From assembly GCF_001194135.2 (NCBI RefSeq), contig NC_068983.1, forward strand, positions 79,454,326 to 79,518,325: DNA of 64,000 nt. Reading direction: 5' to 3'. A model generated the notes under the pieces. The model had not been told where the DNA came from, made no database searches, and saw only the letters and a program-made list of their open reading frames with translations. Source of the DNA: Octopus bimaculoides (lineage: Eukaryota). Positions 14,407 to 27,602 of the stretch are shown here, one piece after another. A program made the translations under genes and the position numbers. Numbering within the stretch: the stretch's first letter is position 1; each line of letters starts with the position of its first letter.

Positions 14407-14800
14407 TTGTGGAGAGTTGAGTTTGTGGAAGTGGATGTGAGAATGGGTTCTGTTAAGCAAACATGTGAAATTTTTGAAGTTTCCAGCTTACTGGCAAAGA
14501 GAATAATACAAGTGTTGGCTAAGATTTGGCATGCTATGGGGTCAGAGCACAATGCCCCAGAACAAAGAGACCCTACAGTTAGAATGCTGGAAGTTATTCA
14601 GGACATTCACCAAAGGATTACCGAAAGTCCAAAGAAGTCAGCTTGTAAATTAGCACAGTAGTCTCACATAAGCTGGAGGTCATGCGAGTGAGTGCTGAAA
14701 AATCTAAAGCCATATTATATCACATGTGTACAGCAATTAAAAGTGGATGACAAGAGCTAATGAGTAAATTACTAAACATGGTTTCTGAATAGCAGTTATA
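14407..14800 (+). pseudogene. Tc1/mariner-superfamily (maT/DD37D-like) transposase N-terminal fragment
   Basis: PTVRMLEVIQDIHQRITESPKKSACKLAQ followed by LKPYYITCVQQL resembles the HTH/linker RPRTVRT...SP..S.RKLA...LKPYK. Confidence 0.6.
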
Positions 14801-15528
14801 GGAAGTTGAAATAATACAATGACACTTGCAAACAAAAGGCTGGGTGCTATTTTGGTGGGTGTAAATTTATTTCTGTATTTACACTATGCTACAGAACCCA
14901 GGATATGTTTTTGTGTTCCATCTTGTATAACTAAGAGTAATTTATTTAAAAGATTAAAATTGACTGTATTGTGCACAAATCTCCTTTGTGTCTCATCAAT
15001 AGTTGAATCAATAGTTAAACTCACATTTAAGTTTCCAAATGATAAATAAAAGTAGACAAATATTTAAAATATGACTTCAGAACTATTACAGGAAAGTTTA
15101 ATATATCGATGTATCTATTCAATATTCACATATGTTGACCTTTACAAATAGAGAATCTCCAATGAACAAATTGTTGACTCCTTGACTTACAGTACAAGAA
15201 TTCATATTCCATCACTGGGGCCTGATTATATTTTATTGAAACCAAGCTAAATTTAAGTACATCCTCATTGTGTCTTACAGAGTTATGTACCAAGAACATG
15301 AATTTCATCCAATTATTGAAAAACAATTTTATAGCTTGAATTCTAATTCATATAAGTATTGCATTACAAAGTCTAAATTTCCTTTTCAGAATTAGAAAAT
15401 ACTTAAACCCTAAAGAGTTACTGGCATTATATAAAACTTATATGCACACATGTGCTTGCATGCACGAACATGCACACAAACACATGCACGCACATACATT
15501 ATTTCCTCTGCGTTTAGAACAATAGACC

Positions 15529-15965
15529 TGCACATTCAGCTAAATTCTGAACTCCTACAGGGAAAATAAAGTGTTCTCTGGATCAACACTCATACACCAA
15601 CACTCTCCTTCAAACTGTTCCTCAAATCGATGAAATAGATTCTATATAGTTGCTTGATATGTGAAAGAGCATATTAAATTACATAGTTCTAGATATCCTA
15701 GCTACACTATGTCTGGTAATAAGATGGAGACAGCTGGAACATTCTTAACCATAGGTCAGCTCAGGCAAAGTAACCTAGTGTTAAGTAACTTTTTCATTGC
15801 TCTGTGGTTACCTCTGATGGAATAAAGAGCTGGTGTTAATAAATACCTTGTGGTATATATTCCCCCTGAGTTATGTCACTTGAAGCCCTTCAATAAATAG
15901 TGACTAATAAAATAAGTACTAGACAATGTATTGGAGTCAATTTAATTGACTAAAAGCTTTGTTTG
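15529..15965 (+). repeat. Local duplication, copy 1 (copy 2 at 17794-18400)
   Basis: 15529-15730 matches 17794-18001 and 15760-15965 matches 18198-18400, with few substitutions. Confidence 0.95.
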
Positions 15966-17389
15966 TGGTACCTCAGTCTAGTCACTCAACAATTGGAAAC
16001 TAGTAAATGAATGAAAGAATATTGTTTCCCCATCAAGTTGTGTCCTCTCTCTCTCCCTCGTTATATAATAACTACAATAAATTACAACATATATTGTCTG
16101 ATCAATAGTGTAATCAAATTCTAACATTGTCTCTTCAATTCTCATATGTTTCTAAAATGATTTCCTTTGCATATGTTAATATTATTACTTGGTGTGTTGA
16201 AAAATGTTTCCAGTTTGCTGTGGTGCTTTAAGTGAATTTAATGTACTGTTTAGTATCTGCGCTGAAGAAGGACTTCTTAATTTAATTTTCATTTTTTTTT
16301 CTTTTTGGAGACACTAATATGTGTTTAGAATGTGGTGATTAAAACTAATAACTTTAAAATCTTCATTAAATATGTATTATTTCTTTTTATCTCTGATATT
16401 TTCTTAGTAAAATCCCTGGTTTTATTTTCCTCTATAATATTTACATTTTGTTGAGCTCCAAACTAATTTTTTACTATTATGCTTTTTGGAAGAAGAAAAA
16501 AAAAAAAACCTTTGAACTGTTTTGATTGTTCACTTTTTCTTGGTGTATTTTTTAAAGTTAATTTATTGATATTTTAGTTAATTCTTTATTAAAGGGTTTT
16601 GTTTATTATTCTTTTTTTGCTTATCAACATTTCTGTGGTAGCTACCAAGTAATATCTTTGGTCAGATATTGACAAAAGCCATGCAGCAAACCAATAGCCA
16701 CAGTAACTTGATTAGTTTCAGAATTACAAAAGAATAACATTACTCTTCTATGAACAAACTGTCTTTTAGATCCTTCACTGTTAATGTTGCTGAATAATAG
16801 AGATATTAAATGTGGCTATTCAATGTTTATATTAAATTTATGAATTGTTTGAGAAAAAGTTTAGGTTTTCATTTTCTGCTTTAAAATATATTTGAAAGCC
16901 ACTGTAAATTTTGTTATTCTTCTTTCCTTTTCTCTTAGATGCTTGCTTCCACACACAACAAAACAAGTCCAAAGGAACATTTCTAACCTTTTAAGTAATA
17001 CACAGCCAGCCATTGCTAACAAAACCATCGCTTTATATTATATAATCTTTTTTCAAAACTTTCAAAGGTGAGATAAAATTAGATTTACATCACAATAATT
17101 ATATGGATATTTAATTAGATGATGATCTTGGAAGAAAATGTCAATCTGTCTACAATGGTTTGGACTTAAGTAAACAAATATTATAATAATAATTATCTCT
17201 GGCCTTAGCCAACTGTTTAGATTGCTTAGTTAGGTTTTCAATTAATGGCTAGAAATCTATAAATATATGTATTTTGGTTAAATTCTTCCATCCTAGAACA
17301 AATCCAAGTTGTGAAGGTCAATTTCATCAGCTCTCACTTGACCAGAAAGACCATCACCATCCTCCTCCTACTCATCATCATCATTTATT

Positions 17390-17609
17390 GTTATTATTTG
17401 GGCCGCAAGCTGGCAGAACCATTAGCATGCCAGATAAAATGCTTAATGGCATTTTGTCTGTCTTTACATTGAGTTCAAATTCTGCCGAGGTTGACTTTGC
17501 CTTTCATCCTTTCAGAGTCAATGAAAAAAGTACCAGTTGAGTATTGGAGTCAATGTAATTGACTTATCCCCTCCCCTGAAATTGCTGGCCTTACACCAAA
17601 TTTTGAAAC

Positions 17610-17655
<46 letters not shown>
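17390..17655 (+). mobile_element. SINE (second family) with (ATT)n tail
   Basis: GAGCTGGCAGAA-like head, GAGTTCAAATTCTGCCGAGGTTGACTTTGCC core. Confidence 0.8.
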
Positions 17656-17658
<3 letters not shown>

Positions 17659-19330
17659 TCGTCTTCTTTTTATCACATGCTTTCACTGCACTACTGAGAT
17701 CAGCTCTGTGTGCTTTGGGTATGTGTTGTAGCTTGTTGTGGTGCTCATATTTTCACTGTATTGAAAGTGCAGGATGTAGGATGTGCCTAGTAGTGCACAT
17801 TCAGCTAAATCTGAACTCCTACAGGGAAAATAAACTGTTCTCTGGATCAACACTCATACACCAACACTCTCCTTCAAACTGTTCCTCAAATCGATGAAAT
17901 AGATTCTATATAGTTGCTTGATATGTGAAAGAGCATATCAAATTACATAGTTCTAGATATCCTAGCTACACTATGTCTGGAAATAAGATGAGATGGAGAC
18001 AAAAAATTCTTTCTAATCGATGTACCAATACCAATGGATGACAATGTTTCTCTAAAAGAAACTTAAGAAAAGAGTTAACTCGAATGTGGAGCCTAAAAAC
18101 AAAAACATACAAAGCTTTTAGTCAAATTGACTCCAGTACATTGTCTGGTACTTATTTTATTAGTCACTATTTATTGAAGGGCTTCAACCGACATAACTCA
18201 GGCAAAGTAACCTAGTGTTAAGTAACTTCTTCATTGCTCTGTGGTTACCTCTGATGGAATAAAGAGCTGGTGTTAATAAATACCTTGTGGTATATATTCC
18301 CTCTGTGTTATGTTGCTTGAAGCCCTTCAATAAATAGTGACTAATAAAATAAGTACTAGACAATGTTTTGGAGTCAATTTGATTGACTAGAAACTTTGTA
18401 TGTTTCTGTTTTTAGGCTTCACATTCGAGTTACCTCTTTTTCCAGACCTTTGTATTTTGAAAATTTCTCAGTTTCTTTTAGAGAAGCAATGTCATCTGTT
18501 GGTATTGATACATCGATTAGAAAGAAGTTTTTGTCTTGGTGATTTCTGACAACTATATCCAGCCTATTTGCCCTTGATTTCTCTATCTGTGAGTATTGGC
18601 ATATCTCAGAGTACGGTTGCTATCTCATTTTCTGTGAGCTTTTCTGGTGTTCACCTATACCATTTTTTTTCTGTTGTTATTCCATAGTGTTAGCATAGCT
18701 TCCAGTGAATATAGGTCCCAACTCTGTCGTGTCTGTGAAAATCTTCTTTCTTAGTCAGGACTCGGCAGCCAAAGACAAAATGATTTATTGTTTTGTCTCT
18801 ATTACCACACATTCTGCAGTTACTTGTATTTCTTTCCATTATGTGTTTTTGGTGATTTCTTATCGGAAGGCTTTGATCTTGTGCTGCAATTAAAAATCCT
18901 TCAGTCTCTGCTTTGAGTCCTAAGCTTCTCAGCGATTGTTGAGATTTTGCTTTGTCTATTTAATTTCTGTTTGGCTTACCTCAATATTTACCATGAAGAG
19001 GCTTTTCTTGTCATCGTTTTATCATGGTTCGTTGCTGTTCCACTTTTAGTTTGGATTTCAGTTGTTTTACAGCTTTTGTTGTTTCTTCTTTTTCTTCATA
19101 GTTGTTAGGTACTATGACTTCTTTTTTGTATTTGTCAGCTTCGTTAAAGACTGAAAACAGTTTTTCTGTTTTGTTTGTGTTTTGTAGCTATTTGTATTAG
19201 TTTTCCTTACTTCTGAAGTAGGTATTTCTCTAGTCCTTTGATCATTATCTTGCAATAGTTTTCTAGCTGTATAAGGCTTTTACCACCTTCGATACAATGT
19301 ATATATAGCTGTTCTATGTCAGATTTTGGG
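17656..19330 (-). mobile_element. R4/Dong-clade LINE 3' portion (CCHC + restriction-like endonuclease), interrupted at 17794-18400
   Basis: Minus-strand GFLIAAQDQSLPIRNHQKHI, CRMCGNRDKTINHFVFGC, RHDRVGTYIHWKLC, TDREI, RMWSLKT; ALLGT-like C-terminus at ~17760-17795; (AAT)n tail. Confidence 0.85.
17997..18536. repeat. Inverted repeat: arms 17997-18202 and 18299-18536
   Basis: For example TTCTTTCTAATCGATG vs CATCGATTAGAAAGAA, and TAGTCACTATTTATTGAAGGGCTTCA vs TGAAGCCCTTCAATAAATAGTGACTA. Confidence 0.92.
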
Positions 19331-19349
19331 TAGTGCATCCTAAATCCTG

Positions 19350-21480
19350 TCATTATTTATTGTTGTTATTATTATTATAGATGTCACACAGTATACAATA
19401 TCATGATGTTGTTGATTGAAGATATTGTGTCTACCAGGGATTTGTACTGTTTGTCATGCCATGGATCTCAGTGCTTTATGCAATATGTGAGCAGTTCTAA
19501 GTAATGCCAACTTTTGCAATACACCTAGATTATAGGGTATTTCTAAAGTTTCCAGATGTTTCTTCAGGTTGAGTTGTATTGAACCCAGTGCACCAATGAC
19601 AACAACAACAACAACCTTTATGTTTGACTTGCGTAGCTGGCACATCTTAGTGATCTCAAGTCTCAGGTCTCTATATTTATCAATTTTTCTCTTTTTCTTT
19701 CATGATAATATGTTGATCTCCTGGCACTACCACATTGATTATTAGGCACTCTTGTTTGTCCCTCCTAAAAGTTACTATATCCAGCCTTCAGTGCTCTAGC
19801 ACCTTGTCTGACAGGATGTCAAAGTCCCAATGGATTTTTGCCTTTCCCTTTTTGACCATCACCTTTTCTGATGTATGTTGGTACCAAGCACCTATTACCT
19901 CATATCGCATAGTAGCCAGTGAAGGTTTTTGGGCTCCCTTGTTGTGTCTGCACTTGTACTCTTTCTGCACAAAGCTTTTATTATTATTATTACTATTATT
20001 ATTATTATTAAGACAGTGAGCTAGCAGAATCTTTAGCATACCAGGTGAAATATTTAGTAGCATTTCGTCCATCTTTACACTCTGAGCTCAAATTCCACCA
20101 AGGTTGACTTTACCTTTCATCCTTTTGGGATTGATAAAATAAGTACTTGTTGAATATTGCTTGCCTTGTGCCAAAAATCTGAAATCATTATTATTATTTC
20201 CGTTGGTATCGTTGCTTTGTTTTGTACAAGCTTTACCAAATCACAACCAGAGATCTCAAGTAACAACAAGTTGAACATTTTACTGTTGATATTGTTTATG
20301 AGTAGTTACTATATTTTGCAAAGGAAAGGAGACCAAATTAAGACTTCATTAAATTTTTGTTGTAATATTTTTTATTTTGAAACAATTTAAAAGATTCTGA
20401 TATTTTCAGATTGACAGTGCTTTTCTTAGAATGTAAATTTTATTTTTTTCTGATACTTTTGGGTTTCATGGAATTTGATCATAGTGTTTAAGAGCGTTGT
20501 TTGGTATTATCCCCAAACCTTTGCTGATAATAGGTGCATTTGTTGTTCATAGATGCCACAACTTTTGAAACATCTATTTCTAGATACTAGTATTTACTTA
20601 ACTTTACAAATGTTTTCACAAACGTTGCAGTCTGTTGAGATTAACATATTTAAGAGCAAACATGTTCTGTCAGTGTCATTTTCCACCACAATATATCATC
20701 TTTTGACCAGAATAGTTTGATCAGTTTGAAGTCCCCAAGAACAGTGATGTCTTTATTTTCTCTTACATTGGATGACTTATATTCCCACCAGCTTCTCTCA
20801 TATAGATATCCAGATTAACAGCATATGATCCAGTGCAAATAAAAAGTATTTCATGGCAATTAGTATACCCCTTTGAGACTAACATAGGGTAGCCAGAGAT
20901 GAAGTGGCTAATAATTTCTCTGGCTGTACTGCAAAAGTGGCTGGTAGAACTAACAGCATTTTAAAGAATATTGGCTTGATAATTTACAGTAGACAGACAC
21001 TGATCCTGAGCTACTTTATTGAAGCCTTTTATTTCTGATTTAAGCCCAGATGCAGACAGCCTCTGATGTGTCATATTTATATCAACCTTAGACTCACTGA
21101 CTTTTGTTGGGTATTTAGCACATAATGCCTTATTTTTCCATCTATTACAAAGCTCTGAGATTCCATTATATTCGGTCTGTGCTTTTATTTGTTTCACTTT
21201 CACTTTCACAGTGGTTCTGTTACATTTAGTTGCGCCTCAGTCTTGGTGATTTTTAATTCCTTTACATATTTTGTTGTTTCTTTTGATATTGAGTGTATTT
21301 TCTTGACACTCTCATGTTTTCAAATAATTTCAAGCATCTACTCATTAGTATTCTTTAGATAGGTATCTAATCCTATGATTGCTGTTTTTAGAGACAGCTG
21401 CTGGCGTCTTGAGCTGTTGTTTAGCCTAAGATGAGTCAGTCCTGATTAAGCAGACTTATGATCAAAATGCATTCACATCA
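19350..21480 (-). mobile_element. Second R4/Dong-clade LINE remnant
   Basis: VIGALGSI...LQKLALLRTAHIL (19454-19645); AKIHWDFDILSDKVLEH; LSASGLKSEIKGFNKVAQDQCLSTVNYQANIL (20961-21209); (AAT)n tail at ~19350-19378. Confidence 0.8.
20015..20185 (+). mobile_element. SINE (second family) nested in Dong LINE
   Basis: GAGCTCAAATTCCACCAAGGTTGACTTTACC core flanked by (ATT)n on both sides. Confidence 0.75.
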
Positions 21481-22604
21481 TGCTAATAGTCTTATTTTCA
21501 GTCCTAGTGTACCCCTAACTTCAGTGTATAAATCCTCTTTCAATATAATAAAGTGTAGTTTGACTGAAGTTTAGCTGTTTGAGCAACTGCATTGAGACTC
21601 CCCCATGGGCTCATGGGACTTTTTTCATAAAAAAATCTTGATCTGCTGTTTGGACGTCCATCCAACACAGCAAGCATGGTAAAAAAAAAATTAAAAGATA
21701 CTGGCTAGTACTGAAGATGGTGATGATGACAGTGATGGTGAGGAATGTTACACTGTATGAATTACAGTTCCTTAGATTAAATTATTATGCATGCTTTGTA
21801 CACATTTACATCCTGCCAGCCTCTTATCTTTGCTGAAATCACTGTTCAGTTAAACCATGTTTTTTTTTTTGCCTTTAAGTAATCATCATTGTGTAATTCA
21901 ATGTTATCTTATGACCTATATTAAATTTGTAATTAATGTAACAGTTTCATTTGGCTAGTTCCTAATCTGCTTTATGGTACTTCATTTATAATTATACTTT
22001 GTAATTAATGAGTTTGTTATAATTAGTTTGTTATCTGGTTTGTTATGGCAATTCATGCAGAACATTTTGAGCTGAAATCTGTGGGTATATATATACATGT
22101 TTATAATGAACTATTCATTTTTTTACATGTCTGTTCATTTTTCATCTATTTTCCATGCTAGCATGGGTTAGATGGACACATATTACTGAAGCTTTGTTTT
22201 ACAGTCACGTGCCTTTCCTATTGCTAACCTTTGCTTATCAAGCATTTTTTTTTTTTATTCACGTTTTTGAAAATGGACTATTAGACAAAATTTTATCAGA
22301 AAAGTTTCAACAAACTTTAAGATTTGTATCTTATCATTCTATGAATGTTTACATTCCACAGTATCTAAACATTCACATGCAATAACACTTCACAGAATGT
22401 AAACAAACACATGCACATGCACAAATATACATGTAGATGACAGGCTTTGCATAGTTTTCATTTACCATATCTATTCACAAGGCATTTATCAACATGGAGC
22501 TACAGGCTGAAAATGTTAAAGACTTTAACTTTTCTTGTGCATTAAACTAATATACCTTATTTGTTGTTCTTTCAACTTGTCCTTGGGTATTTTTGGACCA
22601 TATA

Positions 22605-22645
22605 TGTGTGTATATACTCATGCATGTATTTGTGTGTCTGCATAT

Positions 22646-22678
<33 letters not shown>

Positions 22679-22766
22679 ATACAATATTTATACGTGTGTA
22701 TATGTATATATACATGTGTGTGTGTGTATTTTCATGTGTGTCTGTGTATTTTCATGTGTGTCTGTG

Positions 22767-22797
<31 letters not shown>

Positions 22798-23110
22798 NNN
22801 NNNNNNNNNNNNNNNNNNNNNNNNNNNNNNNNNNNNNNNNNNNNNNNNNNNNNNNNNNNNNNNNNNNNNNNNNNNNNNNNNNNNNNNNNNNNNNNNNNNN
22901 NNNNNNNNNNNNNNNNNNNNNNNNNNNNNNNNNATATATATATATATATATATAAAATACAATGTATATTTGTGTGTATATGTATATATACATGTGTGTG
23001 TGTATATGTGCATATATATTCATACATGTATTTTTGTCTGTATATATTAAACTATGTATGTGCATATATGTATATATATACGTGTGTGTGTGTATGAAAG
23101 TACATACATA
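22605..23110. repeat. Compound TG/TA/CA simple repeat containing an N gap (22798-22933)
   Basis: Direct reading of the sequence. Confidence 0.95.
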
Positions 23111-23399
23111 TATATGTGCATGCATCAAACTGGTGTTGTATTTAGTGTAAACATGTAGTATAAACATTCAAACATTGTCATTAACTTTGCAATTCCTGCT
23201 GCTTTACACATGAAAATTTTGGTCTGAAAAATCTGATAGACCAAATTAGGAATGGAATGTGTATTAACACAATTGATTAGATAGATAATCATTTTAGATG
23301 ACAAGCATTTGGGACTTGTGCTGACCCATTATACTACTGATGTTCTTTTCTTAGTGAAAAAACTGCTTGGAGGGAAAAATTAATTTAAGAACTAATCCT

Positions 23400-24370
23400 A
23401 CTTACCATTTGTTGATTTGGAGGATGCTTTGAGAGAGCGCTGTAATCTGCAGTCTAGTGATCCTTAAGAAAATAGTTATGGGTGAATGGCTTGTGAGAAT
23501 TGTGTCAGCATGCATGTACAGAGATGCAGTCAGCTAAGTAAGAGCTCATTGTGGAATTTAGAAAGTAGGTAGATGTTCATCAAGGCTTGGTTCTCATTGC
23601 CCTCCTATTTGATACAGTTTTCCAATGTATATCAGGTTATTTAAAACTGGCTGTTCATGGGAACTCCTATATACTGATGACCAATTTCTGATAGCCAAAT
23701 TTGGGAGACTCAGAAGAAATTATAGATGTGGAAGCAAAATCTAAAATTGAGAGGCCATGTGATGAATTTGGCAAAGACCAAAGTTTTAGTAAGCAGAAAT
23801 GGAGAAAGGACTCAGAGAAATGGCTATTCTTGATGTGAGTTGGGAGGAACTTTATATGGTGTGTACAATAGGAACTATTGGTGCATAGGTGTACTGGGAT
23901 CACAAACAGGCTGATGGAGAATAAAGAGTTTCTGTGGGGAAGATCCATAGTAGTAATTAACTCTCAGAACAAGAGTAAAGTTAATTCCTTTAAGTGCTTG
24001 GGAAGATCTAACTTCTGTTGAGCAAGCTTATCAGCAGTGGAGAAGGATACTTTGAAAGCATAATAGCCAAAATAAAGAAGAGTGAAAACATTTCACTCTT
24101 CCTTATTCTGTTATTTCTGAAGATAACACATTATTTCTTTGGGTTTAGGGTAAGTTTACATTTCTTGTGTTTGTAGTGAAATGCTAAAATGTGGGCACTG
24201 AATACAGAGGATTTGGAAAGGTTGGAGAGCAGGTGTTTGTGGGGACATGTGATGCAGGTGGATGAGAACATATCTACAGAAGTGGAAGGAAACTGTTGAA
24301 GAGGAACACCAAGAAATGGTGAAAGCTGATTTCAACATGTTGAACCTTAAGAAAGATGATGACAAAGATT
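23400..24370 (+). mobile_element. RTE-clade LINE RT/3' remnant
   Basis: Degenerate VDLEDA, GEWLVRIV, DVHQGLVL, TGCSWELLYTDD motifs, and a C-terminal MVKADFNMLNLKKD. Confidence 0.8.
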
Positions 24371-24399
24371 AAATATGATGATAATGATATAAATGCATG

Positions 24400-24955
24400 T
24401 ATCTATCTGTCGTGGCTGATGCCAGTGTTGCGTAACTGGTATGTGAAAAACACCCTTCAAATATTGGGCAATATGTTGTGCTTGAGAAGACCTCTTAAGC
24501 CAAGCGAAACTGTAGTCATGGCAGACGCCAGTATCGTCCGAATGGTACCCGTGCCGGTGGCATGTAAAAAGCACTGTTTGAGTATTGGGCCTCACAGAGT
24601 CAACAACAGGTGACCAAGGCTGTCAATGATATACCATGCTTGTGAAGCCCTGTCGAACCAAGTGAGATCATAGTCATGGGCGATGCCAGTTTCACATCAC
24701 TGGCACCCATGCCAGTGATACATAAAAAGCATCCACTACATTCTTGGAGTGTTTGGCATTAGGAAGGGTATCCAGCCATAGAAACCATGCCAAATCATGC
24801 AGCTCCCCAGCTTACCAGTTTTCAGTCAAACCATCCAACCCATGCCAGCTTGAAAAGCGGATGTTGAATGATGATGATGATGACACACAGATGCACACAT
24901 TTATATCATCATCATATTTAATCTACTTCTCCATGCTTGCATGGGCTGGATGAGC
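24400..24955. mobile_element. RTE-associated 3' tail/SINE copies ending in (GAT)n, followed by an inverted partial tail
   Basis: GGCATTAGGAAGGGTATCCAGCC...CCATGCCAGC...(GAT)n, then (ATC)n...CCATGCTTGCATGGGCTGGATG. Confidence 0.7.
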
Positions 24956-25820
24956 CTTTCCAATACAGTGTGTCACCACTTGCTGCATCCTTTTGTCATC
25001 AGCTTTGTTAAGGTTCGTATGTATGTGTGTGTCTGTATGTGTGTGTGTGTGTGTCTGTATGTGTGTGTGTGTGTATGTTTGTGTATTTCCATATTAAATC
25101 ATCTTTTAGTATTCTTCTGCATATGATTTTATTCTTTTCAAAACTTTGGTGGGTTTTATATGAAAACTATTTAATGAGAAAATGTATTGCTTTCTTGTAG
25201 TTTTATTGGTTAGTTTCACACTAACTTAAAATCTCATTTGCACTATAAGGTTAAATTTTTGCACTCAGAGACAGTTAACTTGATTAATAACGTAGACAGT
25301 CAGTGAAATTTTATGTCTTTTTCAGGAAATCTGCACTGACACCTTAGATAGAAGTTCTCTTTGTAAAGAAGTCTTGGTATTTTTTTGAACTGGAAAAGCA
25401 CCAGATACCTTGTGAAAGCTTAAAAGAACCAAATAAAATATTTTGTTCTTTTAAAACTTTCACAATGCATCTGCTTTTTATTATTTCAATGTGAAAGCTA
25501 AATCACATTCCTTCCAAAAAATATCCTTTATTTCTGTAAAATAAACTTTCATCTTGAAGCCGTGTAGTTTTCAATGATGCATTAACTCTACCGAATAAAA
25601 TTTCTGCAGTAATAAAAGCAAATCTCCTTAAAACGTAATTTTTCCTTCCAGAAAATTCTTTACCTCATAATGCTTAAGTTAAAGTAGAAATGAAATTCTT
25701 ATTGCAGCTTATACTGTTACCCAATCTAAATATGATCTGTTTTCTCTTGCTTATTAAGAATCTGTAAACTGATCATGTTTTTGGTGAGATTATTGTATGG
25801 CAGAAAAATGTCTTGCTTAC

Positions 25821-25885
25821 CTTCACAGATATTTGGTGTTTTTCTTTCTTCTTTTTTTCTATTTAAGGTGCATTGACTGTTGCTC
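25821..25885 (-). CDS. Candidate 65-nt internal exon of an unknown gene (SNSQCTLNRKKEERKTPNICE)
   Basis: Minus-strand acceptor TTTCATTTTCTCAG|G and donor AAG|GTAAGC; one open frame; no recognisable homology. Confidence 0.25.
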
Positions 25886-26329
25886 CTGAGAAAATGAAAT
25901 TTGTTGTACATCTGCACGCACACCACAAAGAAACACATGCAAATACACACATTTCATATAAAGCTAATTTCTTTAAAGATCAGAGACAAAAGAGCTATTC
26001 TCTATATTTAGTTTATACTAGTTTCGATCTTAATTGATTTGGGCAAAATTTATGTCTTCTCAAGTCATATAAGATGAATGCTATCAATGAAGAAGTGTGA
26101 ATAGCAATACTTTCTGTAGGAAATAAAACATCTTTTTACTACCTTATTTGCATCTATTTGCTCTTAAGTAGCTTTATGAATTATATTGATTTAATACTAG
26201 TAGTAGCAACAGATATTTAGTTACCATTTTTTTTTGTTTTGTTTTTACTAAATTGTATAATTTCAAATGGAGTTGAGAGAAGTTCAGTTCTCATATCAAA
26301 CACTTTAAATCCCACCCTTCTCTCTCTTC

Positions 26330-26404
26330 TGCCTCCCCCCTCTCTCTCTCTCACTTTTTTTCTCACTCTTTCTTCTGATCTTTTTCTCACTCTTTCTCTC
26401 TCCT

Positions 26405-26468
<64 letters not shown>

Positions 26469-26492
26469 ATACACACACACACACACACATAC
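26330..26492. repeat. (CT)n(CA)n microsatellite
   Basis: Direct reading; explains the ERERER/SLSLSL ORFs. Confidence 0.95.
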
Positions 26493-26534
26493 TTTAATGA
26501 GCAATTTCAGACATTTGTATTTTTATGTTATGTG

Positions 26535-26693
26535 CAAGCTGGTTGTTTGGATAAAAACCTTTGCTTCCCACCATCCATGGTTTCAGGATCAGTCTCACTG
26601 TATGGCACCTTGGACAAGTGTCTTACTGCTGTAGTCCTAGACTAACCAAAGCCATGTGAGTGGATTTGGTCAATGGCAACTAAAATATCTAAA

Positions 26694-26728
<35 letters not shown>

Positions 26729-26960
26729 CTTTCTCATCTTGACATAGCTTGATAGTTGTAAATGAATGTGTCCAAGATTACAAGCTGTGTTATTTGTTTC
26801 CAATCTTTCATGAAAACATGTCCAGTCACTGGGAAATATTACCTCAGTTGGACACAAGCAAGGGTTGGCTTCAAGAAGAGCATCTAGCTGAGTTGAAAAT
26901 CTACTGCAACTAAATCTAAACCATGCAAGTATGGAAAAGTGAATGTTAAGATGATGATGG
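26535..26960 (+). mobile_element. SINE fragments with (TATC)n
   Basis: tRNA-like head at 26535-26690; AAGAAGAGCATCTAGC...(GAT)n tail. Confidence 0.65.
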
Positions 26961-27074
26961 TTATGATGTTGGCTCTAATGATTTCATTAAGATGATTCTT
27001 GAAATTTGGTTGTTTTTGGTCAAACACCCACTAAGCAAACCTAATTAAAGGTGTTGTACTCATAAAAGGGTAAA

Positions 27075-27400
27075 GACCCTTTTTGATCATGAATGACCAT
27101 GGAATTGCACCTAGAAAGTTACCCTCCAAGGCACAAGTCAGAGCAAGGTTGTTTATGGAAGACCAGCAGTTACCCATACATACCAGCCTCCTCTCTCCAT
27201 GCTACCAATGTTTTCCAAGGGAAAGGCAAAGGTCGATACAGCTTGGCACCAGTGACATCACAACTCATTTCTAAAGCTGAGTGAACTGGACCAATGTGAA
27301 ATAAGGTGTCTTACTCAAGAACACAACACACAGCCTGGTCCAGGAATCAAACTTACTACCTCATGATCCTGAGCCTGATGCTCTAACCTCTAAGCCATGT
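27075..27400 (-). mobile_element. tRNA-derived SINE
   Basis: Reverse complement of the copy at 58830-59130 (GAAAGTTACCC...GGGAAAGGCAAAGG core). Confidence 0.8.
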
Positions 27401-27602
27401 ACCTTTACATGTTTTACTCATAACCCTTTTATTATTTTTTTTTTAAGCGTATCATGTCTAGGACTATATTTTTTTCAAATGCAGTTCTAGACATGTGATC
27501 TTAAGGCAGTAGAGTGTGATATATGAGAGAGCTGATAGCTATTTCTGACTGCTCTCTGGACTATGTTACTGGATTGTGAAAGTGTAGGTTAACTTTTCTG
27601 GT

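Noticed and set aside
16262-16285. Additional CTGAAGA hammerhead-like cores here and at 36083
   Set aside because: No downstream GAAA or stems I/III.
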